A program made the position numbers and the translations under genes. A stretch of DNA of 64,000 nucleotides, from NCBI RefSeq assembly GCF_001194135.2, contig NC_068984.1, forward strand, positions 31,973,953 to 32,037,952, written 5' to 3'. The stretch's first letter is position 1. Each line of letters begins with the position of its first letter. The stretch comes from Octopus bimaculoides (Eukaryota). Positions 41,131-54,221 of the stretch are shown in pieces. Below the pieces are notes generated by a model that saw only the letters and a program-made list of their open reading frames with translations, searched no databases and had not been told where the DNA came from.

Positions 41131-41395
41131 ATATATATATATATATATAAATCAAATGAAGGAAAAAGTGAATTCCTTCAAGGGGATTAAAACATTCAAT
41201 TCTCACTGGTACATCAGTTGAACACCACAAATAAAAGGGTATAATTACAATATACAAATATTAAATGAAATAGAGAAATACAATTGATATACTAAAACTT
41301 TATTTACATTATAATATAATATAATATAATATACTATAAAAAGACATAATATTATATAATATAACAACATAAGAAATTATCAATGCAAATATAAA

Positions 41396-41476
41396 GCCAA
41401 CAATTTGTTTCAACTCACATACACAAGTGAATTTATAAAAAAAATTCACATCTATGTATATAAGCCTCCTCAGGGC
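41396..41476 (-). ncRNA. Type I hammerhead ribozyme motif (decayed)
   Basis: Minus strand: gcc-CTGAGGA-ggcttatatac...gtatgtgagtt-GAAA-caaattGTT-ggc. Core CUGAGGA and GAAA are intact; the G10.1-C11.1 pair is G-U. Confidence 0.65.
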
Positions 41477-42876
41477 ATTTATTCAAAAGACAGATAAAAA
41501 TTCCATGTAAGGACTGCTAAATTTCAAAATAGACTGATTCAAAAAAATACACATGTTTAGAAGCGTGAGCATTAATAATTCAAATATATGATAAATACAA
41601 TAAAAACAACAACAAAATTCAAATGGATAAAATAATTAAGTAAAGAAAATTTACAATGGTCATAAAATGTTCTTATGGATCTTCAATAATTTTAATGGAA
41701 AAATATTTTAATCAAAATAATCACTGGCCATTTTATAGTATAATATCTATACCTATATAACATGTAATATATTAAAAATTAATGGTAGAGTAGGAAATAT
41801 ATTTCATTTAAAATTTATACATATTATGATGGAAAAAAAAAAGATAAATAAATATGGATATATTTAATTGAAACACTATATTCAATAAAAAATTTCTAAA
41901 TCGACAATTCATTCACTCAAGATTTTACTACCAAATACGTCAATGTTAAACAAATGTATAAAGTTACTGTTATTATAAAACCATACCATTTCTTACTTAG
42001 TAATAATAATAGTATGATAATTTAACTTTGTTTTACAGAAAGAAATAAATTAAGTTAATCTAATATTTTTATTCTATAAATTTACATGCGAATACAAGTT
42101 TAAAAGGATATATATCTACTAAATATTATAGGTACTACAAGAAATATTCATATATGCATAATTATTCAAAAAGATATATAATTATATATAATGATAATAT
42201 ATAATATAATTACTCTTATTTATTTATTCGTACTAATATAAACATTATTCTAAGTAACTAACAAGTAAAAAATACAAATTTACTTAGTCTATCAGAGGAA
42301 ATACTTCCATAAATCAAACAAACAAAAGTGTAAAGCTACAATAATTACAAACTATATTACTTCTTAGATGAAGAGAAAATAAACTTTAAATACAAAACAT
42401 CTTAATTTTACTTTGTTCTTCCGAAGGAACTAGATTAGAGCAAACAAATAGTTATATTATTCTATAAATCATTATATGTATACAAGTTTAAAAGAACATC
42501 ATATGATGAAATATACTAAACTTAATAGGTACCACAATAGATATACATATATGTATGATTATTTAAAAAAATATATAATTATATATAATAATTATTCCAA
42601 TTTATTTATTTGTATATATATATAAACATTATTCCTAGTAAATAACAAGTACAGAACGCCACAAAACACCACATTACTTAGTTTATCAGAGGGAAAAATA
42701 TCTCTGTAAATCAAAGCTTATATATTAATTAGTTACAGAAAAAATAGCTGGACATATGTACTTACTTTTTGATCACGATAGGGCCTTATATGAAATTATT
42801 CATTTATTTTTTGAATCAGTTTATTTTGAAATTTAGCAATCCTTACATAGAATTTTTGTCTGTTTTTTGAACAAAT

Positions 42877-42958
42877 GCCCTGAGGAGACTTATATACATA
42901 GATGTGAATTTTTTTTTATAAATTCACTGGTGTATATGAGTCCAAACAAATTGTTGGC
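42877..42958 (+). ncRNA. Type I hammerhead ribozyme motif (G12C, likely inactive)
   Basis: gcc-CTGAGGA-gacttatatac...gtatatgagtc-CAAA-caaattGTT-ggc. Stem II has 11 bp with one G-U and is extended by the gtgaattt/aaattcac hairpin. Confidence 0.6.
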
Positions 42959-43090
42959 TTTATATTTGTTTTAATAATTTCTTATGTTATGTTATATTAC
43001 ATTATATCATATCTTTTTATATTATATTATATCATAATGTAAATAATTTTTTAGTATGTCAATTGTATTCCTCTATTTCATTTAATATTT

Positions 43091-44125
43091 GTGTATGTAT
43101 ATAAAAACAAATAGTAAATGAGTATATGCATATATACGTACAGGTATGTGCATACCGACATCCACCTGTATGTATAGGTGCATATCTGGGTACAGGACAT
43201 TGCAAACAAACGTAGACGAGAACACACGAGCCACATAGAGAACATTCTACTTCATCAGCTACCCACGTTTTAACACCGGCGTTTCGACGAGCTTCGGGCA
43301 GGACGCATCGTTAAAACGGCTCGTCCCATGGATCGCAGATTAAATTTGTATACGCAAATTAAATCTAGCCATGGAGGAATGTACANNNNNNNNNNNNNNN
43401 NNNNNNNNNNNNNNNNNNNNNNNNNNNNNNNNNNNNNNNNNNNNNNNNNNNNNNNNNNNNNNNNNNNNNNNNNNNNNNNNNNNNNNNNNNNNNNNNNNNN
43501 NNNNNNNNNNNNNNNNNNNNNNNNNNNNNNNNNNNNNNNNNNNNNNNNNNNNNNNNNNNNNNNNNNNNNNNNNNNNNNNNNNNNNNNNNNNNNNNNNNNN
43601 NNNNNNNNNNNNNNNNNNNNNNNNNNNNNNNNNNNNNNNNNNNNNNNNNNNNNNNNNNNNNNNNNNNNNNNNNNNNNNNNNNNNNNNNNNNNNNNNNNNN
43701 NNNNNNNNNNNNNNNNNNNNNNNNNNNNNNNNNNNNNNNNNNNNNNNNNNNNNNNNNNNNNNNNNNNNNNNNNNNNNNNNNNNNNNNNNNNNNNNNNNNN
43801 NNNNNNNNNNNNNNNNNNNNNNNNNNNNNNGTGTATGTATATAAAAACAAATAGTAAATGAGTATATGCATATATACGTACAGGTATGTGCATACCGACA
43901 TCCACCTGTATGTATAGGTGCATATCTGGGTACAGGACATTGCAAACAAACGTAGACGAGAACACACGAGCCACATAGAGAACATTCTACTTCATCAGCT
44001 ACCCACGTTTTAACACCGGCGTTTCGACGAGCTTCGGGCAGGACGCATCGTTAAAACGGCTCGTCCCATGGATCGCAGATTAAATTTGTATACGCAAATT
44101 AAATCTAGCCATGGAGGAATGTACA
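43091..44125. other. 295-bp identical duplication on both sides of a gap (43091-43385 = 43831-44125)
   Basis: Identical by eye and directly abutting the N-run; most likely an unmerged contig overlap. Confidence 0.75.
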
Positions 44126-47100
44126 TAGAGAGAGAGACAGACAGAGTGAGAGACAGAGACAAAGTGTTTTTGAATTGCTGTTCAAATATTGTTTATTTAG
44201 AGTAATAAGGTAGTCAGAATGTTGGATGATTACATATATATTTGTTTACATTTTTAGTGTTTTCTTCCATTAGCGGATTTATCAAAAAGTGGTTTAAAGT
44301 TAGATTTCTTGGCCTTTTTATGTATAAAAAAAATGTGGGGTTTGCCAAGCAAAGGAGAAGAAACAAGAAAAAAGTTTGAGAAGGAAGGGGAGGTAAAGAG
44401 GCATGGCTTTTGTATTGGTAATGGTCAGACTTGTTTGTTCAATATTTAGTGATCTTTTAGGTGGGGAAGAAAAATAAATTTTGCATTTGGATTGGTCAAG
44501 GTTTTTAATTGAAAAACCAGATGGTTGTTTTTGACTTTCTTCCCTAAAAATTATAATTGCATTTCCATGCCTGGTTTCTTTATTCTTTTCTATTCATTAA
44601 TGTGGGGGGAAGTAAAGATATGTTTAATTAGGCTTAATTAGGGTAGTTTGGGTGGGGAATGAAAGGACTTTTTGTTGTAGTCAAGGTTTTTAATTGAAAA
44701 ATCAGTTATTGTTTTTGACTTTCTTCAGTAAATAATTATAATTGCATTTCCAGGTCATGTTTTTTTTATTCTTTTATATTCATTAACGAATGGTTGTATG
44801 GATCTGGTCAACCTTCTATGATTGAAATTCTCGATGTTTTCAATGTAGTTGTTTTTGAAAGAGTGAATTTTGAGTAATCTATACACTCACCGTGTTGGTC
44901 ACTACTACTACTACAGCCAACGATTCAAGTCAACGCACAAGACAGCCATTATGTACCCATACAAAAAAACGCTCCTACGTGGACTCTGTTGACACGAGTA
45001 AGAAACAATTATGAACTTTTCTTTTAATTACATTTTTTTCAAAATATGTATTTTTGATAAGGTTCGTTTTTTCATGAACCGAAACATGTAAAATATCTCT
45101 GAGAAAATTATAAATTAAAAGTTTATATAGTGGCGTTTTCAAACTTCTTTTATATATATATATTGTATACATACATATAAGAATATTTTGGTGGCTGCAA
45201 CTGAGAATAAATATGTGTATGGGTATACACACACACGTTTGTGGTCAAATACGTTTGTACATCTATGACTGAATATGTGTATTTTAAGTATCATCTTAAG
45301 TTGTGTGACCAATTAATTTATTTATAAACAATTTTTGTGACCCCCTAAAATGCAAAAAACAAACTTTCCATACAAAAATTTTCATAACACAAATTTGATA
45401 CACCTGAATTAACAAACCTGAATTTGACAATGTGCTTACGAAGTTACTTCCCCGCTTAACTGAACTGTAAACAATAACAATATTTTTAAATGAAACCAAA
45501 TGAGTTTCCAAGCATAACTTTCTGTTAATCCACACTTTATAAACATATATTTTCCTTTTATTCTCCTCAAACTATCTTCCTACATAATCACTTCTCCAAT
45601 CTACCTAACCACACCTAATTATCATGTCACATTGTTCTACTCAGCCCCAACAAAAATAACATTTCTAAAAACTATATAAGTGCAGAGCTAACCCAATTAT
45701 AGATGTCTGATGAGGGGGAAAAGAGTCTGAAACTTGAAAGTTACTGTCAACCTTTTCCTTGAAAACTTTAACACACATAAGATAGATAGCTAACTAGTGA
45801 GACTGCTAGATAAACAGAGAGACAAGCAGAGAGGTAGATAGATCAGTGGATAGACAGTCAGACAGTAGAAAAATCATATGATCTAGTAATTAAGTGAATG
45901 GGCATCAAAATATGTCATGGGTTCAAATCCAAGTGTTGGAGGTGTGTTGCCTCTTAAGTAAAGTGTGTTACTTTTTGTATCCCCACTCCCCTTTAAAGGA
46001 AAATGAAATTAATTATTTTTCATGGAAACTGAAATAAGTTCTGGCTTGTGACACACATTTTATCTAATTTCATTACACACAAAAATAGCAATATTTTGAT
46101 AATACAGTTACTGTTTGGAACTCATCGAATAATATTTGAGTGTGCACCTATGTAAACATGTGCGTGCGTGCGTGCGTGTGTGTGTGTGTTTGCGTGCGTG
46201 TGTGAGTATGCACATTTTTTACTTTTGCTTTGTATTTGCTTTGCAATATTCTTGATGTTAAATCGTATGTTGAAACAAACTTTGTTGTATCATTTTGCCA
46301 ATAAGAAACATAAGCTCGTTTTATTTTCCTTTTCTTTTCTTATTCTTTACTATTATTCAAATACTAAACTACAACTAAATAACAAATAGATTCATTGATT
46401 AATCAGTTGATTAATCAGTCAATCAGTGAGTCTGTCTGAGTTAGTTCATTGCCTTCCATTATATCATAAAAGACTTTCACTCATTACTTCTTGGACTGTC
46501 CCACTGTCTCCAAACTCTTTCCAGTTTAAAAACAATGAGACAAACAGTCTACATATAGACTAATTCCATTTGGGCATTATTTTTGCCTGGATTGTTCTTT
46601 GACATTTTTTCCAGTGATTTCTCATCTTTCTTCATATTTTACCTTTTATATTTACAGACACACATACAAGCACAAACACATATACACATGCATACGCAAC
46701 ACACACATATAGATATATTAATGGATGAAAAGATCTATTTATTTTCATGTCTGTAAAATTTTGATTAATAAGCATACATAAAACAAATGTTGTGTATGAA
46801 TTTCTCATTTTTTCTCCTAGAGACATTCATATTCTCAACTTCTCTTTCAGTCATTTTGTGTCTCTATCTCTTTCTCTTTCTCTCTGTGTGTATATGCATG
46901 CACATGTATGTATGTATGTATGCACATAAATATTTATGCAATGATGTAATGTCTTTAATAAATATTACCCAAACAATAGATATCTTTTCCAGACATATCC
47001 TTTTAATAATTTGATATTATCTTGTAAAAATTAAAAAACATATATGAATGACGTCACCAAAAACAACAAATTCAGTAGGCATTACCATAGTAACAACTTT

Positions 47101-47589
47101 ATCAACAAACCCAATCACTGTATCAACAGAAACAAATGCAGCAATCAATGGAAATAACAATAATAGCAATGACTCTTTTAGTTCATAGGCACTACGACTG
47201 ACATTTATTTCAGAAAGGTAGTATGTTGTGATATGTATGCTTTCCCTAAAAAAATTAGCCTTGAATTATTTTATCATTTTCCTGGTTTCAATCATTGGAC
47301 TGTGACAAAGTTGGGGCGCTAACCATAAATGGTTTTGTAATAGATTTGATTGGTGCCTGTGTTTATTAAGAATCTGCTACTTATTTTATTCATCAGCAAT
47401 GAATGGGTAAATCACATTCTCATGTAAAACAACTCAACTCAAAGCACCGTCTTTAACTTCTCGTACACTGGTACAGTATAGTACATACACTAGTGTATAG
47501 TATGTAACAGACTTGATAAGATCTGGCACTCAAACCTTCCACCAACATTTAAAGTTAAAATATTTAGAACACTAATCCTTCTCTATGAA

Positions 47590-47935
47590 TCAGAGACCTG
47601 GACCTTATTGGCTCTCTTAGAAAAACAACTAGATGGAACATATATCAACCTGCCCAGAAAGATACAGAACATCAGTTGGAGATCACACCCAACACTTAGT
47701 AACATCTACATAAATCTAATACCAATATCCCTCAAGCTAAAGCAGAAACAGCTACAATTTGATGGCTACTGTCATCGAGCAGAGAAAGAGCTTATCTCAT
47801 CCCTGCTCCTATATCTTGGGACTCAGGGCTGGATATTAGAAATCTGAACAAAGCAATGCAGGACCGTATAGTGTGGAAAGGGATTGTCAATGGAGTTCCA
47901 GCCAACTATAAGTTGGTCGTAGGATGATGACGATG
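47590..47935 (+). mobile_element. RTE-X-like LINE 3' end
   Basis: ETWTLLALLEKQLDGTYINLPRKIQNISWRSHPTL...QLQFDGYCHRA matches the RTE ORF2 C-terminus (ETWT...LDG.Y..LLR...ISW..H); GAT-repeat tail. Confidence 0.8.
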
Positions 47936-50587
47936 AGTACATACTATAACTATAACTATATANNNNNNNNNNNNNNNNNNNNNNNNNNNNNNNNNNNNNN
48001 NNNNNNNNNNNNNNNNNNNNNNNNNNNNNNNNNNNNNNNNNNNNNNNNNNNNNNNNNNNNNNNNNNNNNNNNNNNNNNNNNNNNNNNNNNNNNNNNNNNN
48101 NNNNNNNNNNNNNNNNNNNNNNNNNNNNNNNNNNNNNNNNNNNNNNNNNNNNNNNNNNNNNNNNNNNNNNNNNNNNNNNNNNNNNNNNNNNNNNNNNNNN
48201 NNNNNNNNNNNNNNNNNNNNNNNNNNNNNNNNNNNNNNNNNNNNNNNNNNNNTATATATATATATATATATGCTTATGTGCATATGTGCCTGCTAGTGAT
48301 TGATTTGGAGGCCTTAACTCCAGAAAAAGCTGCTGTGCTATCAATATTGGCATATCTTAAATAATGACAATAAGCTTTTCTAACATACACTCAAGACCAG
48401 AAATTTGTAGGTGGTATCATTTGATTAAATCTATTCCAGCCATTCACTGACACATCATTTTATTCACCTCTTTGGAGTAAGTGAGAGATCACTCTTATGA
48501 TATACATGGCAGGTCATGTGTTTAACAATACACAAACAACGAAGTTCAAACTTCTACTAACCATAATTGTTACTGTTGTGTACTAATGAGTCATATGATT
48601 TATGCAGTTAGTAATTTGCAAGAGTGTTGCTCACAAACTGCAAAATGCTAGTCTCATAACCACATGATCAATATATTTCATAATTCTTTTTAGAATAATG
48701 AAGACAAAGCATGTGTTTGCATCCATATAACTATTCTTTCTTCACCATGGTGCTGGGCATGCTTAGAATTATGAAAAGCAAGGTGATTTGTCCATCTTCA
48801 TTACAAAACCTCAGAGTGCTCCCTCTATGAGAAACATTGAGTTAAAGAGTTTTCTATTTACAAGTGGTTCTTTGCTTCCCAAATGACAATAGATCACTGC
48901 TTAGTGTCTCATTTTGTTATTTTGGATCATTTTGCCATTTCCATATTCAAGATTGCTGCAAACAACATTTCTGTAATCAACACCATTGGATATTGGATAA
49001 TGTTGTTTTGCAGTTTAACTCAAAGTCTGCCCTAATCGATGAAATTTACAATTATTCTGGTTTCCTTCATACATAGTGTATCAAAATCTATATTATTCAT
49101 TGTCTCCTTATTTCAAGATATCTTGGTGTAACTCCAAAGAGATTTGGCTGTTTTTCTAGCATATCAAATGATGATCTAGAAATTTACTTGTTGGCTTATA
49201 ATCAATATAGTAGATCAAATATGAATGTCGTGATCCATATAATGTATCCTGCTTGAGCAATTTCATATGGAGAATGGATCTTACAGAAATGAGTGGATTC
49301 AGAAAGTGGATCGTGTATTGGCAGGAGCCTCTTGAGAATGTATTTGGCAAGTATAATCAGATTTATGAAATAAACCATATCAGAACATTATGATCTCAAA
49401 AGTGAAATATGCACGTTTGGCATGATCAAGAAAGTAGGTGATGCATGAAAGCATATAGTAATTGATGTTAACATGAACAGTCAGATATGGACAGGAGGTC
49501 ATACATGTGAGATATGACTCAGAAATAAACCTTACAGAATAACGCAAAACTACGTACATACTGGCAAATGGAATAAAGCAGCTAAGAATATCTGTACCTT
49601 TACCTTGTTTTTCATTTTCTGCATTGATGCTTTGAAAAGTTTCAAATCTGATTGATCAATCCAAAAACAGTATTTTATTGATTTGTAACTGAATTCAATA
49701 CAATTTTACTTCACTTTCTATTACTGCTATTATTTATTGTCATTTTCTTTCTATGCAATATTTTTGTTTTGTTTTTAATTACACATTCTGAGTTAAACCT
49801 TCCTTTTAATCAATCAATTTAGATAAGAAGATTTTCTTTCTTCCAGGACATGTTCTCATTCTTGTAGACATGTTTGATATAGAGAAATGTCATACATATT
49901 CCATTATAAAAGAAACATAATTATCTAATCCTTTGTAATTAAGTATCTTGATTTCTGTTTTCTTTATATTTACTCATTTAAATCCTTTTTTTTTATCTAA
50001 TTTTACAAAGATGTCGGGTTATTATATAGAGAATACAATTTCTATACCCTTTTTGAAATTAATCAATATTAAAAACAGAAAAATATATTTGGCTATCCAC
50101 AGATGGCTTAACACAGAATAATCCTTGTGTGTATTAAGATTACTGGTATATACATAATCTTATTTTAAATGATCTTTTTCTTTCATCCAAACATACTCCT
50201 ATTTTGCTTTATTTTATTGAGACTTTTTAAATATTTATATTGCAAACTTGTCCAACCTTAAAAGAATATTTTATGTCAAGGAAAAAAAATTTAAATTAGA
50301 AATGCAAACTGAGCTTTGGAACAGAATTGGATATAGGAGAATAAGCTGTGTATTGATATCATACGAAAATACAAGAAAGAAATGTCCTAAGGCATTAGAC
50401 CTAAGGCTGATATAAAGGTTCTACTTCAGAGATAGATTTAAAATTCATTTCAAATAATCACCACCACAACCACCACCAACACAACCACCACACACTCTCC
50501 TCTTGTATTTCACACAGTCACATCGTGGATACTAATGCACTAACATTTCTACAATGCTTGCATTTCTATAATTAATGTTCACTATTA

Positions 50588-50818
50588 CATTTCTTTACTG
50601 CCCACAAGCGGCTACACACAGAGGGGACAGACAAGGACAGACAAACGGATTAAGTCGATTACATCGACCCCAGTGCGTAACTGGTACTTATTTAATCGAC
50701 CCCGAAAGGATGAAAGGCAAAGTCGACCTCGGCGGAATTTGAACTCAGAACGTAGTGGCAGACAAAATACCGCTAAGCATTTCGCCCGGCGTGCTAATGT
50801 TTCTGCCAGCTCGCCGCC
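50588..50818 (-). mobile_element. Near-pristine full-length SINE family B with 17-bp target-site duplication
   Basis: Head GGCGGCGAGCTGGCAGAA, B-box-like GAGTTCAAATTCC, CpGs preserved. Flanks attaatgttcactatta (50571-50587) and atttatgttcactatta (50819-50835). Confidence 0.92.
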
Positions 50819-50999
50819 ATTTATGTTCACTATTAGCCTTGCCAAGTGAACAGATATGAGTTGCTGATCAAAACTTTCAAAATTTGGCTTAAAGACTAGG
50901 TTCACTCATATCTTTATTTTATAAATAATTTTCAACTTGTTGAACTTCTTTTAGTTATCTCATGTTTAACCTTAAATATTCTCAGAGTGTATTAACTTG

Positions 51000-52019
51000 A
51001 TTTATGTGGGACCATGCCAGATATGTTCTGCAGCAAGGTTTTAACATACTGAGGAATTTCCATAAAAACTTTAGAAACTTGGAAAATTGATTCTCTCAAA
51101 TGCCCTGGTGGCTCATTAGAGGCAGTAGATAATTTCTGTTACCTAGGGGACCAAATTAGTTGTGGGTGAAGATGCACAGAGAGTGTGATAGCTAGAGAAA
51201 GAAATTCAGAAATTTGTTATCTCTGTTGGCCATGAAAGGTTTCTCACTCCAAGTGAAAAGAAGATTGTATGATGCATGTATACAGACAGCAATTCAACAT
51301 AGTAGTGAAATGTGGGCCCTAAATGTAGAGGAAATATGAAGGTTAGAAATGAATGAAGCTAGTATACTCTGCTGGATGTGTAATGTAAGTGTATATGTTT
51401 TACAGAGTGCCAGTATTCTGAGAGAGAATTTAGGCATTAGAGGAATTGGTTGCTGTGTACAAGAGGGAAGACTGTGCTGGTTTAGTCATGTGGTGTGGAT
51501 GGATGCCGATAGCTCCATAAATAAGTGCCAATCTCTCAAAGTGGATGGAACATGTGGAAGTGGAAGATCCAGGAAGACATGGCATGAAGTATTGAAGAAC
51601 AACCTGAGGAAGCTGAACCTTTCAGGCAAGACGACAAAGGACCAAGATACCTGGCACATTACTGTACTTGAGAAGACACATACCCCACAACAATTGTGTT
51701 AAAACTGATCCTTCTGATGATATAAAGCACTCATGGCTGTGCCACATAAAAGCACCCAGCACTTTCTGTGAAGTGGGTGGCATTAGGATGGGCAACCAAC
51801 CATAGAGACCATGCCAAATCAGAGTGGAGTCTGATGCAGGCCCACCAGCTTGCCAGTTCTGCTCACACCATCCAACCTATGCCAAAATGGATAATGGACG
51901 TTAAATGATGATGACGATGATGATGATGATGATGATGATGGTGATGGTGGTGGTGGTGGTGGTGGTGATGGTGATGGTGATGGTGATGATGATGATGATG
52001 GTGATGGTGATGGTGATGG

Positions 52020-52068
<49 letters not shown>
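51000..52068 (+). mobile_element. RTE (BovB-like) LINE 3' end with (GAT/GGT)n tail
   Basis: VDNFCYLGDQ, KGFSLQVKRRLYDACI, NEASILCWMCNV, RLCWFSHV and GRSRKTW, followed by the 3' UTR and (ATG)n tail at 51905-52068. Confidence 0.9.
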
Positions 52069-52109
52069 ANNNNNNNNNNNNNNNNNNNNNNNNNNATATA
52101 TATATATAT

Positions 52110-52300
52110 AATCTTCATTTAATATCTGTCTTGCATGCTAGCCTAGGTTTGTCAATTTGAGTCAGAACTGCATCCAAGCTCCATTGTTTTACTTTGGCAT
52201 GGTTTTTACAGCTGGATGCATCTCTTAACATCAACCACTTTACAAAGTAGATATATGGACACACACACGCTAATATCAAACAGTGAAAAGGAGTGCTCAA
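52110..52300 (-). mobile_element. RTE-type 3' UTR fragment
   Basis: ttggcatggtttttacagctggatgc, also seen at 57905-57960 and near 61990. Confidence 0.6.
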
Positions 52301-52888
52301 CACTGAATTGGTAGACAAATATTCTTTACTAGTGGGTTAACAAGGTTACCAATGCTTTCATGTCGAAAGAAATCTCTCAGCATTTATCAAGCCTGCAACA
52401 TGAGTATTTTGGTACTCATCTCTATCTTAGATGATAATACATGAAGCTTCACAGTTGCATATGCATTACTAAACTCAAGTGCATTTTGAAACAGACTTTT
52501 GGAGATCAAGAGGTAAAAGTCAATGATTTTGAAACGGACATCATCGAGTTTTGCGTTTGGGCTTCTCTTCAATTTTTTTTTTTAACCTTCAATGGTCGTA
52601 TACAAATGCTACATATCCATTGAGTTAAGAATGTGCAAGTAACAATTCGTTCATTGAAATTTCGAGAATGACCACCAACCAACCACTTTGCCTCGCCTCC
52701 ATCCTGGATAAGTTTTTATGAGGACACATTGCACATATACATCACATCACGTGATTCACTTAAAAAATACATATATGCACAAATGTATAAATTTACAACT
52801 CCCATGGACCAAGTTTGACATCAGAATCTGTGAAACTCCACAATTATATGCACACACCCACATGAACAAAATGCATAATGCAGGTATG

Positions 52889-52926
<38 letters not shown>

Positions 52927-52931
<5 letters not shown>

Positions 52932-53839
52932 ACATCCTATAAACAATGCAGTTTTTTATACTTCTTTTATTTTTCAATATTAAGATAGACAAAGTTCTCT
53001 TTTTAATCTAAAGTATACTCTCCTTCATTTTCCACAATGCATTTTCATTTATTTAGTACAGTCCAAGTCCCCACTTCCAAAATTCCCTTGCCTGTAAAGA
53101 AAAATACTCCTCCAGTACTGTTCTGACCTCGTCTACAGAATACATATTTTTACATCCAGAATATTTTGAAGACTGTGAAATAAATGATAATCAGATGAGG
53201 CAATGACCAGCGAATATGATGGGTGGGACATCGTTTCCCATTCAAATTGCTCCAGCCTTTGGAATGTCATCCTCGCTGTATGTGGCCTGGCATCATCCTG
53301 ATGGAAGAACACTTTTAATCTTGAAACCATTTTTCTTCTGGCGCAGGTGTCGATGAATGATTGAATGACCAAATCCAAGTCTCTCTGCTAGTTCCTCAAA
53401 AGTTACAATGGGATTTTGTTCCACCAGGGTTTTCTGGACGTCCTCACTGAGCTCTATAGATCTTCTAGGACAAAGCTCGTCTTCTACACTGTAGTTTCCC
53501 GTTGGGAATTTCTGGAACTACCGGTGACACTGGATAAAGCATATTGTTCGATCCTTATATACTGCATTACTATTTCTCGCACTTTCCATTGTATTGTTGC
53601 CTTTATTGAACTCATAAAGCAAAATATGCCGAATATGCTCCTTTGTCGCTTCCATTATAGCTTTGAAAAAAAAAACCGTTAAAATCGAACTGCACTCTTC
53701 AAAACATGCACTAAAAATAATGACAAGCTAAATTTACTACCTGCTTTTAGAGCAAGTTGGTGCAGGTAGGTTGGCCCATCTTCCTCCTAGTTTTAGCACA
53801 TGCAATTGAAAAAAAACTGCATTAGTTATGAGATGACCC

Positions 53840-53841
<2 letters not shown>
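52927..53841 (-). mobile_element. Mariner element with both TIRs, internally deleted
   Basis: TIRs tagggacatcctataaacaatgcagtttt and aaaactgcattagttatgagatgacccta, in a (TA)n context. Minus strand gives MEATKEHIRHILLYEF...HRHL joined to FHQDDARPHTA...HPSYSLVIASSDYHLF. Confidence 0.92.
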
Positions 53842-53891
<50 letters not shown>

Positions 53892-54084
53892 CAACAATTT
53901 CGATTTTCCTATAATCTAGCTCCCATTATCTGTATATTTCTTTATCCCAAAATCCAGTATAGTGTCATGTAGCCTAGTATATTCTCCAAGCTGGAGACAA
54001 ATGCCAAAGTTCTCATGTGACAGGCTTCATAACTGTTAAGAGATTTCTCTCTACATGAACCATAGGTAGCGTTGTTGACCTACA

Positions 54085-54093
54085 AAGTGTGTG

Positions 54094-54165
<72 letters not shown>

Positions 54166-54210
54166 TAGATATATAGATAGATAGATAGACAGATAGATAG
54201 ATAGATAGAT
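54085..54210. repeat. (TA)n followed by (GATA)n microsatellite
   Basis: Direct reading. Confidence 0.95.
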
Positions 54211-54221
54211 ACATGACTGCT

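Larger units (their letters stand above)
41254..43092. mobile_element. ~290-bp inverted repeats (41254-41547 and 42807-43092) enclosing a very AT-rich interior; probable inverted PLE terminal repeats
   Basis: The arms align as reverse complements (roughly 85-90% by eye), and each contains a hammerhead fold. Confidence 0.8.

Noticed and set aside
43091-44125. 295-bp perfect tandem duplication as a biological event
   Set aside because: The copies are identical and abut a gap, so an assembly overlap is more likely; long reads would decide.
48860-49060. MTIDHCL resembling a GPCR TM3 DRY region
   Set aside because: The frame is short and closed by a stop, with no other TM motifs or splice support.
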